Part shown: one piece after another, positions 40,976 through 55,295 of the stretch
How the letters are laid out: the number at the start of each line of letters is the position of its first letter
Position numbering within the stretch: position 1 is the first letter of the stretch
Assembly: GCA_036172245.1 (NCBI GenBank)
Contig: JAYWIR010000025.1
Location: 1,550,001-1,614,000 of the forward strand
Length of the DNA: 64,000 bases
Direction: 5' to 3'
DNA from: Raillietiella orientalis
Taxonomy: Eukaryota
Position numbers and translations under genes: made by a program
Notes under the pieces: model-generated
The model's input: only the letters and a program-made list of their open reading frames with translations
Databases searched by the model: none
What the model was told of the DNA's origin: nothing

Positions 40976-43030
40976 TTGCTGGAAAAAGTGCTGTGCCTCC
41001 GACTTGCTCCACACAACAGAAGATTTAGGACGCTGGTAACGTGCTCAGGAGAGCACCGGTCAATCAACTGCGCATCTTCTGGATCCGGGGACCAGCCTGC
41101 AAAGGCGCAGGATCAAGATGGGAAGGATAATAAGGTGAGATGGGTGAAGAGCCGCCTTGCGGATGTAAAGAAAGAGAATCCCGTCGCATTGCTTGCATAT
41201 CTGCCTCGAAGTTCACTCATCGCTCAGGTCCACTTAAACGAACGCTGGCGCAAGATGAGGAGGAATGTTCTCTGCGCAGTGCACCAATACGTTTTCCAAG
41301 AATGGCACCTCCATCAGATAAGATGATTCTCGGGTTTATAGTTTTGAGAATATTCTGAAGTTCAAAAGCATGACTCTTCGCTTTCATCATCGTGTAGAGG
41401 ATGTTGGGAATGGTTGCACCCATCCATGCAATTAGCGAGTTGTCTCCATGCCATCCGCGGAAGATTTGAAGCTCATCAACCATCCATGAATGAGCTCCGA
41501 GAAGCGTTCTTTTCCCGGACGATGAGAGAAAGAAAGAACGATTACCGAAAGCACACAACCATCGATACATAAATCGATCGATGATGTATCTTTCGAGGGA
41601 ACTCGAAGGAGATCTCGAAGGATGGAAAATCCATCATCTGCGTATGTCCGTTCGTGACACTCGTTATTTGCATGCATCGTGTACATGTTTTGGATATGTA
41701 CACCGACCTACGTGATAACAAATATGTTTCGCATAGTATTCTAACGAAATGTCGTCATGTAATCAGATGGACAGAGGCATTACGATGGGTTTCGACAGAA
41801 TCTCCTGCATCTTCGTTTCCACAAGCAGGAACCTTCGTGAATATGTCGAGACCACTTGTGGATCTTGTGAAATTATAACGCTTGCCCTTCCACGCGGCCC
41901 TTTAAGGAACACACAGGCTCGTACGGGACAGCTCAGCGTTTCATCTGCATATGAATACATGGAAACGTGCGAGTGCTTCCGAAATCCACGTGTTCGTGTG
42001 GACGAATCCATGTGCGCCGAAAATGGAGCCACAAGATTCACAGGTTAGATCCCATCACGATTGCCCGTGTGATTGCTGGAGAATGTTCTGGTTGATTCGA
42101 TACCCCGCTGAAGGTCGCGGTACCTTCGGGGAAACAAGAATTTGTCAAGAAGGTGGCAGAATGGAAGCAAACGCAACCCAGCACCGCAGCACTGGGACAC
42201 GGACTCCCAGGGAATTCTCTGGACAAACCGAATCTGCGGATCTCATGCAGATTTCTCTCTCAAATTCACTCCGGAAAAGCTTTCATGCTCCTAGGCATCA
42301 CTGGGATTTTTAAACATTCGTTTAAATACATAACAAGATAATCAACAACTTTTTAACTTTATTAATAAAATGTACGCCCCTGAATCTTAAAGCATTTATC
42401 TATTTCAATAATATCACTGTTGAAGAATATGCAGGTGACCATCTTCGGCAGAGAGGTTTTCAGGGATGCGTGGAGTGTTCACATATAAGGAGTGTGTGGT
42501 TGAATGTACACAGCATGTCCCATCTCGAGTAAGTCAAAGTAGTACATGGATCTATTCTAGAGTGCAACTACTGTTCCTATACAGTTCAAGCGGGTAGCTG
42601 AACAAGGTGGGCAAGCAGCAGTGCTTGGCTTTGCGGCCCACTACTGGAGGACGTGTCCTAAGAAAAAATCACGCACATTCGTCGTTTACTTATCGGTTCA
42701 CTTCATGGACGACAGCGGTCCCCACACGAACCGCAACATGGGGGCGCTACATAAAGTAATGTTTATTACGTATACTGCCTATCCACATGTAGCCCGTGAT
42801 TGCAATGTACCATCTATGCGACGCCGGCAGAACGATCGGCTCACCCGATATTTCCATGCATTTATGACGGGATTCAAGCAGCAGCGCTCCTACAAGAGAT
42901 TGCGACTCGAGTGCCCCTCTCGGTAGTGACGACTGCACATTCCAGTTTGCCAGTGACAGCTGAAACAGGGAGAGCGCAGATGCAAGACAACTCAGGCTCG
43001 CGGCCTGAAGAGCATCGCATGTGATCTGCG
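40976..43030 (+). mobile_element. BEL/Pao pol relic (RNase H to integrase core), interrupted
   Basis: VKSRLADVKK (KSRVAPLK-like), SDKMILGFI, HHRVEDV (NRVxEI-like), RMFWLI, GFAAH (DFAGP-like), FTSWTTAV (FTCxTTRAV-like), MRRR. Confidence 0.5.
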
Positions 43031-43107
43031 GACGCGGATTTTTGTTTTTCTCATTTTTTTTTTCTCTCCGGAGGGCAGCTCACGTGTTGCATGGACTACT
43101 TTGCGGA

Positions 43108-43467
43108 AGGTCCGACATACATCGTCTTATTTACTTTCAGTTTTTTACATAACATAAGGGGGGAGTACGCCAGCTCTCTCCATCTAGTGCCACGGTACCT
43201 CGAGCTCTCTTGACGCCGCGCCGTTTCCTCTAGGGGGGTCATCTGCGATCTTGTTGACGCAGGGACTCCCGTGGCCGAGGTGTGGTGCAACTCAGGCTAA
43301 CCTGCATCCGTTGGCCGGCCTTTCCAGAAGCTGCTGGCTGACTTTTCGAGGGGGGGGCGGCTGCGACGTGCAGAATCGCGATTCGTCCTTATCTCCTTGC
43401 TGCACCACCAAGCCGGGTTTTGCGCCAATTCGGGAGTCGATGCCCGCGACGTGCCGGCTGCAGAGCA
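43108..43467. repeat. Dispersed repeat, inverted copy of 63607-63943 (possible zf-RVT-like LINE relic)
   Basis: Colinear reverse-complement alignment over ~340-360 bp with substitutions and small indels; + strand reads PRCGATQANLHPL..SRSCW. Confidence 0.8.
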
Positions 43468-46400
43468 TCTCCAGCTCGTGCCGACGACAACCGGATCGTA
43501 AGAGAAGGGTGACGTCATGGGAAAGAGTGCTCAGCGAACGGAACCCGGTTCGAATGTTTTCGTCTTTCCTGGGTCTCCCCCTTTCACTGAGCGCTGCAGA
43601 CCTCAGTCGCAGAGCATGCGCCGAACTCAACGGGGTCCAGGTTTTTGACACATGCCGAAGTGCTCTTTCGGGTGCTGCCCATCTGGAGATTGTAAAATAA
43701 GCAAACAGACAAACGAACCGAAAAAGGAAAAAAATGAGCAGAGACTTGGTAAGAAAAGAATGGCAAACACGGGAGAAAGACAGGCGATGGAGGAGGGGTG
43801 CAGTTCGCAAGAAGCAAGGAGGTGCTCGACCACCTCTGGGCACTGAGGACCACAAAAAACGTTCGTGGAAAGCGAAGATGCTTTCGAGAGTGGGCAAAGC
43901 AGGTTTAGACAAGCTCCTGTGTTGACGGTTCGGAATGGCTCGGGACTCCTAGAGTCTCTTGCACACGGATGACCTTGGCCCGGGAGGGAAGCTGGAATGT
44001 AGACAGCCCTCAAGAATGAAAAGAGGGTTCCCGATCAAGGAAGTGAGTGAAAGCCTCACAATTCGCAGAAAAGGGAAAGGACGGCGCAGGCAGCAGAAAC
44101 ACAAAGTCTGGAGACGGGCGGAACTCATGAAGTTCCGTTCGAAATCCTCCTGGGGCACGAGTCGTGACGGGAAGCGGAGGGAACTCGACACGAAGCGTCC
44201 ATCCAAGAGGCGCTCGGACTGAATTCATATTATTTCATCTCGCAGAGGAGCATACTCTTCTGCGAGATGAAAGGGGTCCGAAAAGATCAAGAACCAGGAA
44301 AGGATGGAAACTGCTACAAGCTGAGCTTTGCCATCACTGACAACTACAACTGCAGTGTGGCTAGTCGGCTTCTCCTTGCAGTTCCCCGTGAAGCGCAGAG
44401 AGTCCTGAATTTGAGGACCCTCCAAAAAGGCACGCAAGCGGCACTCAGCTTCAGTCCCCATTTGGGGGAACACTGACCATGACTTCAGAGCGCTCCTCCG
44501 ATATCATCGCTGCTGCCGCCCAGAATTCCGCGGGGCGTGGACTATTTCCTCCAAGAGAACGGAGCACAAGTCAGCCTCCCTTTCGCGGAAATCTCCCTCT
44601 TTCGTCATTGACCCGGAATGCTTGATGACAGCAGATGAAGTACTCGAGTGCGCGGACCTGTTGCTGGAGGGTGGAATCGATCCGTGAACCGATGAAGGAG
44701 AAAGCGAGTTCATGGTGGGAAAAGATGTGGCTCTTAGAAGGCGATTACTGACGCCACTGGCCGAGAGATCTGACCTCAGAGGAAACATGGAAGAAATGTT
44801 CTCTCTTAGTTCACCTCAGGAAATGGCCCAGCTAGATGACCGTAGACTTTCTGCCTACGGTCATCCCGCTGGAGCGCGCTTGGAGGGGGGGGGGACATTT
44901 CCATGGCAAATTCGTAAGAGAAGACCCTTAGGCAGCCATAGAAGAAGGGATGAATTGTGATCAAAGGGTGTTGCAAAAATCCATTTTTTTGTCTCCGACT
45001 GTCCTCTTTGAACATGATGGTCAAAGTTGTCACATCGAGTTGCTGTCTACGCGCACGCTTTGCAACGAACCGTTTTAAAGACAAACGGGCGAGGCAACGT
45101 GGACTGTCCCTGACCAGCTTATAAGTCTGCCCTGGGAAACAGGAAGGAGCACTGAGAGCGTGCTGGCGGTGGAAGGTGTAGAAATGCAAACCAATAGATG
45201 CATCGCAACAGCGGATAGATGTAGACGAGTAGATGTGACCATTCGCAACCTGCCCGTAAAGTGCAGAGATCTCCGTGGATGTCACCACTGCTGTTGCTCC
45301 AGCACGAGGAGATTGGAATTGGGCGATGTTGGCGGGCTGGACCATTCCTTCATTCCTGCGTACGTGATGCCGTGCGACGCAGAATCCGTAAACGCTCTGA
45401 GCTGAACATTTTTGATCTTCATTCTGCATGAAGTCCACCAGAAATTTTTTCCTTCCATCGGAGATCTTCTAAATATGTAAATTTGTTTATTAGTAACTAA
45501 TAATTATTTGTTGTATTCATGCATCTGCTGAGGAAGTATTTCAGAGTTGTGTATGTGTTGTGCTGCGTACGGTGTATTCCGCAAGGCAGTATACGAAATA
45601 TTTACTGTGGATTACTCTTTGGTGGTCGCTCCCATGCAGCATCGCAATCACTTGGAAGTATCTCTGCTGTCGTTTCATTCCTATGCAAGTAATCTTCTGC
45701 GTGTGGTTCCCGTAAGTGATTCGGCGAGCATCGGGGATCGGAGAGGGAGATCTCGTGAGATTCTCTGCATACCCCCACCGAGATGGGGTCGGTTCCGTCT
45801 GAGTTTGCCTGTGCCTTTGCTGAATTTTTCTTCCCATGTTTCGCTCGCTTGGTTGTTTGAAGAACGGTGCAAAAGCGCCAAAACTCGATCCCGAACGCTC
45901 GTGTGTGAGAATCCTGTTCCGGAAATGGGGTCCATGCAACCCGGAAACTTAACAAGAGCACACATGCCACGAATCAAATCACACATGTTGCAAGCAGCTT
46001 CGCCAGTGGCCGAGCACCCATGCTCTAGGAAATTTGGGTGCTCTGATTCTGGATTCTTTGTAGTCTAAACCGAGTTTAGGTTCTGCGGAACATTTCATTC
46101 AGTGTGTAGGCACGGGTCAATTTTCCAATAATCTTCACTTTTCGAGTCCGTGAAAGCATTGATTTTGGAATTTTCCACAAGTCAGAACTTCCATTCAGTG
46201 ACTTCATTCCTCTGAGCTTGTTTACCCAACTTTTCGTGGGGACCGCAAGCGGAGCGTCAAACTGTGCACACACTGCAAACAGTCATCAATATAAATGTTT
46301 TGTCCTAATCCCGATGAAAGACAGCATGCTTGTGTAATACTGGTTTCTAAGTGTTCATTAACTACGGTCTTTTTCTTTGACCTTCTGGGGAATGCAGTCA

Positions 46401-46660
46401 CTTTTACTTCAGTGCATTGAACTATTGTGTGCTTAATTGGTTTGATTATAGTGTCCACAAGAGCACATAACTTGGGTGAAGATTAGCATGTCTAGGTAGA
46501 CCGATACTCGGGAACGGGCCAGTTTTCTACCGAGGATGCTGAAAGGTTCCATTTTTCCCCATCCCTCATTTTTCTGGGCAGCTCTAGAGCTTGCTGCCTG
46601 TATCTACGAACAAGTTCATGAATTACACCCGTCTTCGAGGCAACTCTGTAGTTTTGTAGT

Positions 46661-46666
<6 letters not shown>

Positions 46667-46708
<42 letters not shown>
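46667..46708. repeat. (GT)21 microsatellite
   Basis: Direct read of sequence. Confidence 0.95.
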
Positions 46709-46711
<3 letters not shown>

Positions 46712-48399
46712 ATTGGCGTTTTTCGAAAGCGGGAATTTTCTGGAATCGTTTCTTGGTCTCTTTGTCTGCCTTCCTATGATAAGAGTTGCAAAATTTTAGG
46801 AACCTTGAATTAACATCAGTGACAGATTCACGGATGCCCGGTACACTGTGCTTTGCTTATCTGTAAAGTGCGTTTCCTCCTCTCACTGCTTAAACGATCA
46901 ACCATCTTCCGAGTACCCCAGTCAGTCAGATTCATATAAACTGACGCCTTTATGATCCAGAAAGCGGATCGACTGAGTTGGTTCATGGCTAAAAAAAACA
47001 CTCGAAGAGTCATGAACACCTCTGGCAGTCTGTTAGTAGGTGCTTTGTTTAAAGCAATCTGCATTAGTAGGTGAGTCTCCGAGAAAACGAATATGTAATG
47101 TTCCTTTGCTGCAGTTGCTTTTGCGAAGATAAATTGAAACACATGGTGGTCGCGCGAGGTCAGATCTTCTCCCGTATGCCCAAATCTACTTGTGCCATTC
47201 CATCTTCATGAGTGCATTCTGTTTTAGAAAGGTGGTCTTCGTTTCAATAAAATGGAATCGAACCTTGCAGCTATCACAGGATGCTGGGTCCACAAGAACC
47301 CGTGGGATCATAAGCTTATGGGTTTCCATAGGCAGCTCCTATAACTCATAAGGCTAAATGGGTTCACGAAAACACTGTGTTAATGACAATCGCTTTCACG
47401 GTGATCGGAATCTCGCAATCTGAGCAAGATAACGCGGACGTTGCGAAACCAGGAATGACCGTTAACACTTTACAAGTATACTAATCTGATGCACGGAATC
47501 TAAAAATATGCTCCATACGAAGGTTGAACTCAAACTGGACGTTGTTTTGATTAGTGTCATTAATTTTCAGGAATGACTGAACTCCGTACGTAGCCCTATC
47601 TGGGGTCCCTATGGAAACTTTCTGCCTGCGTGTTTAAAAATCAGTTTCGCCCTCCTGATCATGAACTATTTTTGGATGATAGTTTCCCCAAAATACTCAT
47701 GTGGATTCACCACCATTTTACAAACGACCGTCGGTTTTACATACGTCATTTTTCTCATTGATGCGGATGCTGTGATAATGCATTATTACCCTGTACTTTC
47801 ATCAGATTCGGCTGTGATAATGGAACACTCATGAAATCGTATTCTCGTGATGAATTTCTTTGTGATGACCTGCGTGATGGAGTAAGATACCTGTGACATG
47901 AAGTATTTTGAAAGCATCCCGGATGAGGAAACGAGATGTTACTCTTTTTCGGGGGGAGCTATTTCTCCGTGTTTTGCTTTCGTTTTTATTGCAGTCATTG
48001 CTGATTGCTGGACCAAAACAAAAACACAGTTGCGGGTTCGAAATACAATAAAGCAATCATCGCAATGGCCGTCGAGTACATAACGAAGTTCCCGTGGAAG
48101 GGAAAGGAATGATCCAAAAAAATAGGAAACTCGACATTTCACCACGGAACGCATGAAGGGTCATCTGGAGACGGTCATTCGGGGTCTCCTCAGATTCCCA
48201 GAGAACGATTTCTGGGAAAAATTCGAATTTTCTTGTCAGAGTCTTCATCCCGGGCAGGTGCTGCTGTTACCTGCATGAATCCGCATCCCCGAAAGGTTCT
48301 TGGAACGCGGATTTCTTGTGTCCACTGCTAGACCTTTGTCTTCGCATCCTCATCATCTGTCGGAGAGTTGACTGCCGGCAAGAATCTGCGCGATAAATC

Positions 48400-50000
48400 C
48401 AGGAAAGAGAAGGGGACGAGAAGTCCCCGAGTAGGCAGCTGGGAGCAGAGAGGGCGAAAAAGGCTGGGGCAATTCGGAAGTTTCGAGATTCTGAGCTGAT
48501 CCGTGGCCAGACTCCGAGACTTCGCGGACAGGCAGAGGGGTGGACCGCTGAGTAGAGTGAGACTCCGGAATTGGGAACACGGATCGAAAATGACCCAGAG
48601 GACTCAGCAGCACTCGCGCGTTTCTTTGATCTTCCAAGAATCGGAACTCGTTCTTCGGGACTGCTGCTCTCCGTGCAAGAGGTGCTCCGTCAAAAGAACG
48701 GGCGCAGTTGGGCACCGGAGGCAGAGGTCATCCTCGAACGCGGGAAAAGATGCCAAAAATAAATGCAGAAGAAGCGCCACAGACGAAGAGGACGCTGGCC
48801 GCTTGCTGGAGTCCCAGTATGCCGAACTGGAGCACTGCCGTTTGCCGGGAACCAGTGAACGAAAGACTGCCTGCTATTAAACGGGGTTTCGAAATCATCC
48901 CTCCCCTCCTTTTCGGACCACCCACAGGTTAAGTGTTGCTTCTCTGCTGTCTAATAAGGTCTTTTCCGAGGTTTTTTTCCGACCTCGTCTCGACTGATCG
49001 ATCCGAAAGTTAGGCTCCACCATCCCTCGTGCGCCTCTTTGGAAAAAAAAGCACGGGGGCATGGACGTCCTGGAAGCCGGCGAAGATGCACGTTCGATTT
49101 TTTACTTTCGTGCGCCACAAGGAACTCGTTCAGCAGACGCGAAGGCGCCACCGTATCGAAGCCGCCACCGAGTGGTGAAATGGAGCGGAAAAAGCGCGGA
49201 CAGTCCAGAAGCGAGTGGATCAGCACAGAGAAGGCTGCCATGGATGGGTTTTATGGTGCGCTTCGCGTGTCCTCCCAAGTGAACGGGAAGCACGCGCAAA
49301 AGACTGGAAGACAAATACGTCATCGGTCTGAGGGCGAATTCCAGAACGCAGCAACGGATTTGATGGAAGTTTCCAGAAAGGACGAATCCCGAGACAGGCG
49401 ATCGAAAAGCAGTGATTCACGAAGGCATGACTTGCGGGAGCTCCGGTCAGCAATCAGCAATTTCGAGGACGCTGAGGACTCCCCGGAGAGGTGGTTCCAG
49501 GAGAGCTCGGAGATTTTCCAGAATGAAAACGAGGTGCTCAGAGGGTGCGAGAGCAGGGCGGACCCAGACGCAAGACAAACGCTGGTCCGATTCTCGGGAA
49601 CGGCGCGCCAAAGAGGGATTCCCGTCCATCTTTTCGGGATGCCTCCACCTAGAGAAGCTCCCAACCAAGAACGGAGAAATTCAGGGACTGGTGCTCCATT
49701 GACTGCTCCGTGAGGAATTCGGGAGCCGAGAACTTGTCGAGACCAAACCGCATGGAAATGGCCGCTGTCAGTAGGACGAATGAGCGTCTGCTGGCAACGC
49801 AATTTATTTCACGAGTGACTTTGCGTCTGCTGACACGGAAAGTGCATTTCCGGAGCGGCCATTCCGTCTCCCAAAGCGGTCGAAGTACCACGCGAGCTCT
49901 CAGAAATCGTGTGGTCCATTCGACCAAGTCTTGGATGGACCGGTCGAGAGAGCACGGGCGGAGAAGTCGACTCTAGCGCAAGCGGCACCACCAGAGGGGG
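48400..50000 (+). mobile_element. Possible BEL/Pao gag relic
   Basis: HFRSGHSVSQSGRS...HST near 49850-49925 resembles a decayed CxxCLxxGHxxxxC..H knuckle; lies upstream of the pol relic. Confidence 0.3.
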
Positions 50001-50810
50001 GCAGCAGACTCGCTCAGGGGGGATGATGATGAATTTAGAAAGAACGGAAGACTCCGAACGCGCGCGGCCTCAGATGATTCGGGGAGGGGGAACGGGAGCT
50101 CTTCTCCTCGCGAGCGGTTCTCCGCGACGGGTGCCGCCTCGAGGTTGGGAAGTGTTTGGGTGAGTGTGCATCACGGCCGTGCCCTCTCGTTTGCTCACCT
50201 TGGGTTTTTTTGCTCGCGGGGCAGGAGGAGGAGGTGGCTCGTGGTTTCCTGTAGCCGCTGAAGTTCTCCTCGGCTTTTCCCTCTTCTCCCAAACCCTATG
50301 GCGCCAGTAATTCCCATGGATGCTGGGTGCTTTTGGGGGTCACCTCGCCTTGCTTGCCCCTCTCCCTCGAACCTTGCCCGGAGCTTTTGGCGCCCAGAGC
50401 TTTTCTGTCGATCCGAACTAGGAAGGCGATGCGGGCCGGCCGACTCGGTCAAGCCACGGCCGTGTTGAAATCTCTTCTTTTCCATTCTTTTTCCATTTCT
50501 CTTTCTTTTCTTTTTTTCCTGCCTTTTGCACAGGATTTGACGTTTCCCTGGCGTTGCCGCATTCCTCGCGAGGCTGCGAATTTCCCGTCACGGCGATGAT
50601 TACTCGCAGCCCAAGGTGCCTAATTATACGTCTCGGAGACGGGATGGATCCATCGCAGCAGCAGCACGAGAGCGTCGGGCGGACCCCGGCGACGTCCTGC
50701 TCGCCGCGCACGCGCTCTCCTTCCGTGCCTTCGCCGCCGACCACGCCGTCCCTCTCCCGCTCCCTACCGAAAGACGGCGGACGTCCCCAGCAGCAGTACT
50801 CAAAGATTCT

Positions 50811-51105
50811 AAGGAAATCTCTTGCTCTCAGCAAGAATTCACCAATTCTTTCGTGTCTTCTCCCCCCCTCCTCCCCTTCCCACCGTAGGAGCCTCCGTGG
50901 AGACAGATGAGCGCAAGAATCTTCAGATCGGCCGGTTTCGAAACTCAGATCCGTTGCGAAATGGACCGCTTCCTCTTCACACGCGCGCGCACGCACCACA
51001 CACGAAAAACAGAAAGGAAAAAAAAAATGAAGGGGGGAAGGGGGAGAGGGGGGGAGAAGACACGAAAGAATTGGTGAATTCTTGCTGAGAGCAAGAGATT
51101 TCCTT
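50811..51105. repeat. Foldback / MITE-like inverted repeat with 60-bp perfect arms
   Basis: 50811-50870 is the exact reverse complement of 51046-51105; 175-bp spacer; no TSD visible. Confidence 0.9.
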
Positions 51106-54100
51106 GTCCCTGTAAGCAACGCGAGTATCTCAAAGGTCAGTTGCTCCAATGACCCAGAGGGTAGGTAGACCATTTTGGAATTATATCCTTGCTCTTATTT
51201 CATTATCTCCTCTCGCTGCAGGCGTCTGCTCGACTCAGGCATCCCGAATCCGCCGCCGGGATGGTTCCGAGGCACGTTTTCAACCCGGCTGGGAAGAGAC
51301 AGCGGAGGAGGGATGGAAGACCGGTACCCCAAAGGGAAGGAGCGAGAATTTCGTCCTCACAGGGAGCAGAGCGGAGAGAGAGGAGTGGAATCCAAAAGAG
51401 CGGAAACCGCGTCATGGTCCGCCCGCGTGACATCACCGGGGATCGCGGCGCGACGGCAGTGGCGGCCAGGTCAGTTTCCCTCCCTCAAGGACACGCCATC
51501 CTCGACTTCCCGGTGGGAAGGCTAGGCGCGGCGCCCGACTCGAGAGCCACTCGGCGGCGGGAATAAAGAGCTCCCGAAGGACCTCCCGGGACGGCGTCGC
51601 GCAAGGGGGAGGTCGCAAATGACCGGCGGTAAACGCGCCGCCGCCGTGAACCACTTGGGACCAATCCCGTCGGGAGAGGCGGGGATACCGAGCTGCGTCG
51701 CTCTGCTGCGCTTCGCCGCCGCCACCAGAAGCGGCTTCCTCTCCAGGGAGGAAAAAGAAGAGGGATGTGAGAGAAGGGAGGAGGAGGCGGAGGAGGAAAG
51801 GAGGGGAGAGGAGGACGACGAAAGAGTGAGAGAACGCAGAAGGCGTTTTCATGGCAAGATCATCTTCCCGCTTCGCCTATCCCTTCCGTTCCTCCCGGAA
51901 GAGTGGACAGTAAATCCTGCGAGCTCCGGGAAAGGTTCGAGGGGAGAGAGGGAGATAAGCAAAACGAGGCAACCCCCAAGAGCGCCGTTTTCTGCGATCT
52001 TGCGAAGGGTGTCAGGAAGCGGCGTTCGCGGGGCAACTTGCCCCCAGGGGCGAGCCGGTCTTCTCAGCAGCGAACGCCGTCTCCGTAACCTCCGCCCGGA
52101 AACCACCCATCTGCTCTTCTCTTCGTTCGGACCTTCTCGCGAAGGCGCACCAGCACCTCACCAAAGGATGGTCTTCCGATGTCTCCCTGATTTCAATCCA
52201 GCTCACTTGGTTGGACCTTTTCGCTTGGATTGGACAGCGGAAATGCCCTTGCACTGAGCCACGTCGTCATGGTGAGAACTAGATGGTCGGATGCTGCGAC
52301 ACCGGATGGTGTGGATGAGAGCGGCAACCGGCCCTCTCAAGGTCGCGTCCCCTTTCAGGCCCCAGAGGCTCCCTTCTGCGGATGCTCGGGGGTTTGCTTT
52401 CGACGCAAGGGATGGTGTGTGCGTGCCTGCTTTCTTAAGATGACCGTCACCATGGACGCAGGGGCACGGAAGATGATCTTGAAAATTGGTCACCACCAAT
52501 CCACAGAGCCTTCTCAAAATGGGAGGTTGGCCGGTGCGCGCTGTGGAGGCCCAGTTGACGGACTGCTGCTTTCGGAACGCGGAACGTGTTAGCGACGCCG
52601 GCGACCGCGAGATGCAGCCGCACGAATCACTGATGCTGCTTTGCTCGCCGTTGATGGCTCCCTCTCATCGCTCCCATTCGAAGGCAGCCATCGAAATTCC
52701 GAATCCCGTAAGCCCACAAAGCGGGAAGGGTGATGACTTCCTTGCGGGTGGCGCTTGGAATGCCCCAAGGAGGTGAACTCACACCTCTTCCCGTGTGTTT
52801 CCTTTTTTTTTTTTCTGTATTTGTGTTTTTGTCTCCATCCCGGTCCACCGGTTTGAATGCATGGTATCTCTGCGGCGCTCCGAGTTCCTCAAATCTCCTC
52901 GAGGGACGCTTCGATAGCGAGAGAGAAGAACGGATTTCCCGGTTCGGAGGGAAAGTCGAAGGAGACCTCGCGACCAGGGCAAGGGCTGCCGCCATCTTGG
53001 AAATTCTTGCGCGTGCGCGGAGCCATCCAGCTAGGCAGGATCCCCTCCATCCCTACGGACATTCGGAAATTCGTGCAGACTGGCCCGTTTCGCAAGCAGC
53101 CCCGGCCACGAGGACGCGCCGAAAGCCAGAGGAGTGCCAAGAAAGCCAGCAGGTAGGTTGGCGTCTCCTGAGGTGTCCATGGCTCCCTTCGGCGCGTGGC
53201 GCACGCTGCCTCAACACGTGGAGATGAGCGGAAGTGCGATGGCGGGCTCGGCCACGCCTTCTTCGAGGAGCCTAGCTGCTCCCAGGCTCCGCGACGGCTG
53301 CTGCCTTCAGAGCGACCGCAGGGGGATTTTGTTTTTACCTCGCTGACCACCGTCCTCTTGTTTACCGTGGACGAACCGCCTCGGCCGTGAGACTTCCGGT
53401 TCTCTTGGCTTCCGTTCCCTGCTGAAACCCCTCGTGAGCCGCGGGGACGACGGACCGCCGCAAGGAAGAGGACCATCGTTTCACAGAGACACGCAAGCAC
53501 GGCACGACGCCAGGATACGCCGGGTGGACCGCGACCTCGACTCATCTGAAAGGCCCCCATCCGAGGGACGAGGCCGCCTGGGCTGGCGCGCGGCTCCCGG
53601 CGTGTCGGAGCTCTGTGCCTCTGGGGTTGTCGGTTTTCTATGCGGTGGCGACATGCCAGCCGCATCTCCAGCCCTATTCCCCAACATTGCCGCTTTCGCT
53701 GGCGATGGGAGGGGCCGCCATTTCCATTCCGACGCGCGTCACCCGATGGCGTTTCGACCGCTAGAGTCGGAAGAGGGAGGCGGCACTTCGTTCCGGGAAC
53801 CTTCGCCCCCCTTTCCCTCCTTGCGGACTCGCTGCCCGAGGTCCATCGGAGACAGAGCCCCGGGACGGAGCCTCTCCGCGAAGGAGGAGAGGCCAGCGGA
53901 GGACAAGCGTCGGACCCGCGCAGCAAGGCGAGTCATCGGCGAGACGCCAGGCGCGTGAAGGGAGACCCCTCTGGAGCGCTGGCGAACCGTGAGCAGTCCC
54001 TGCTGACTCCGGCTCCAGGGGCAAGAGGGAGGCACCACCAGACAAGGGTTTACCCGAGACGTGTTGAGTCGGTTCTCGGCCGGAGCTCGCGCGTACCCCG

Positions 54101-55135
54101 GTAGTCCATCTTCTGTGTGTCGCAAGGGAAGGCACTACATCCGTGCCCAGCGGAGGCGTCTCTCTCCAGTAATTCCTTCCTGACCTTGCTGAGTCACACC
54201 TGCGTGGCGGCGAGGATGGCGCTGGAAGCACGAAGAGGCGGAGGGAAAGCGGGAGGAGGCCAGGCTGCTGTCCCTGCGCTGCTTCGGGGAGGACCAGGGA
54301 CGACGGAGCTGATGTCGAGGCCCGTCCACGGATCGATGCTCGTCTTCGGCGTGGTAGCGCCAACAACTCTCGGCGAGCATGAGAAGTGGCTGCGGCTGAG
54401 AGGACGCACGAAAGCCGCGGCCTCTGCCATTCGAGATCGCTGCTTCGTAAACGGCAGGAAAGAGCTGTCAGCGGGCGAAGAAGCTGTATCCATGGAGAAC
54501 ACCAGCCTCAGGTCGATAACACCCGCACGCCCTCGCGGCCGCCAAAAATGGGGAAATGAAGAGAGGGAGGGAGAGAGAGAGAAGCGGGGGGGGGAGGAAA
54601 GAGCAAAAAGGAATCCGGTAGGAGAACGAGGGGATGAGTGTCCACTGCAGTCGACGCTCGAGATGAGGGGAGGGGGCGGAGGGAAAGATGACACGATGGT
54701 CAGCCTTTGTTCCGAAACAGATTCACTCCTTCGGAGAAAACGCAGCCGGAAAGTGAAAGGAATGCGAAACACGGGAGAAGGAAATTGTTGCGAATCTCCC
54801 CGCGAGATGTGAACACTGTCGCGCTCGCTCGCTCCGCCGCCTATGGGCTCCTCTGCCACCTCCCTCCCCAGCGCGCTTCGATTGGGCAGCTGACGACCCG
54901 AAGGGATGCGCGAAAAGGGCAACGCTCGCGTCCTCGGCCCCAGCATCGGACGAACGCGCTTCCGATGGGGCACGGCATTTCTCGGCCCACACCCCCTCGG
55001 CAGAGCAACCGAAAGGCAGACGAAAGGGCTGAAAAATGAAAATCTGAGCAAACTGAAAACAAAAAAAAGAACAAAAACACCAGTGGCTGCAGTGATGAGA
55101 AACTCTTCTGAAGATCTTGGACGGAACAAAGGCCC

Positions 55136-55295
55136 CCTTCCTTCTCCTCTTCCTTCCTTCCATTTCTTCCTTTTCCTCCTTCCCTCCTGCTCTCTTCTTT
55201 TCTCTTCCTTCCTCCCTCCTTCCTCACCCTTCTCCTCCTATGCTTTTTTCCTTCCTCCTCCCCCTTTCTCTTCCTCCTCTCTTCTCCTTCCCGTC
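55136..55295. repeat. Polypyrimidine (CT-rich) low-complexity tract
   Basis: ~160 nt almost exclusively C/T; similar tracts at 38329-38396 and 58317-58463, purine tracts at 51750-51840 and 56995-57045. Confidence 0.9.
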
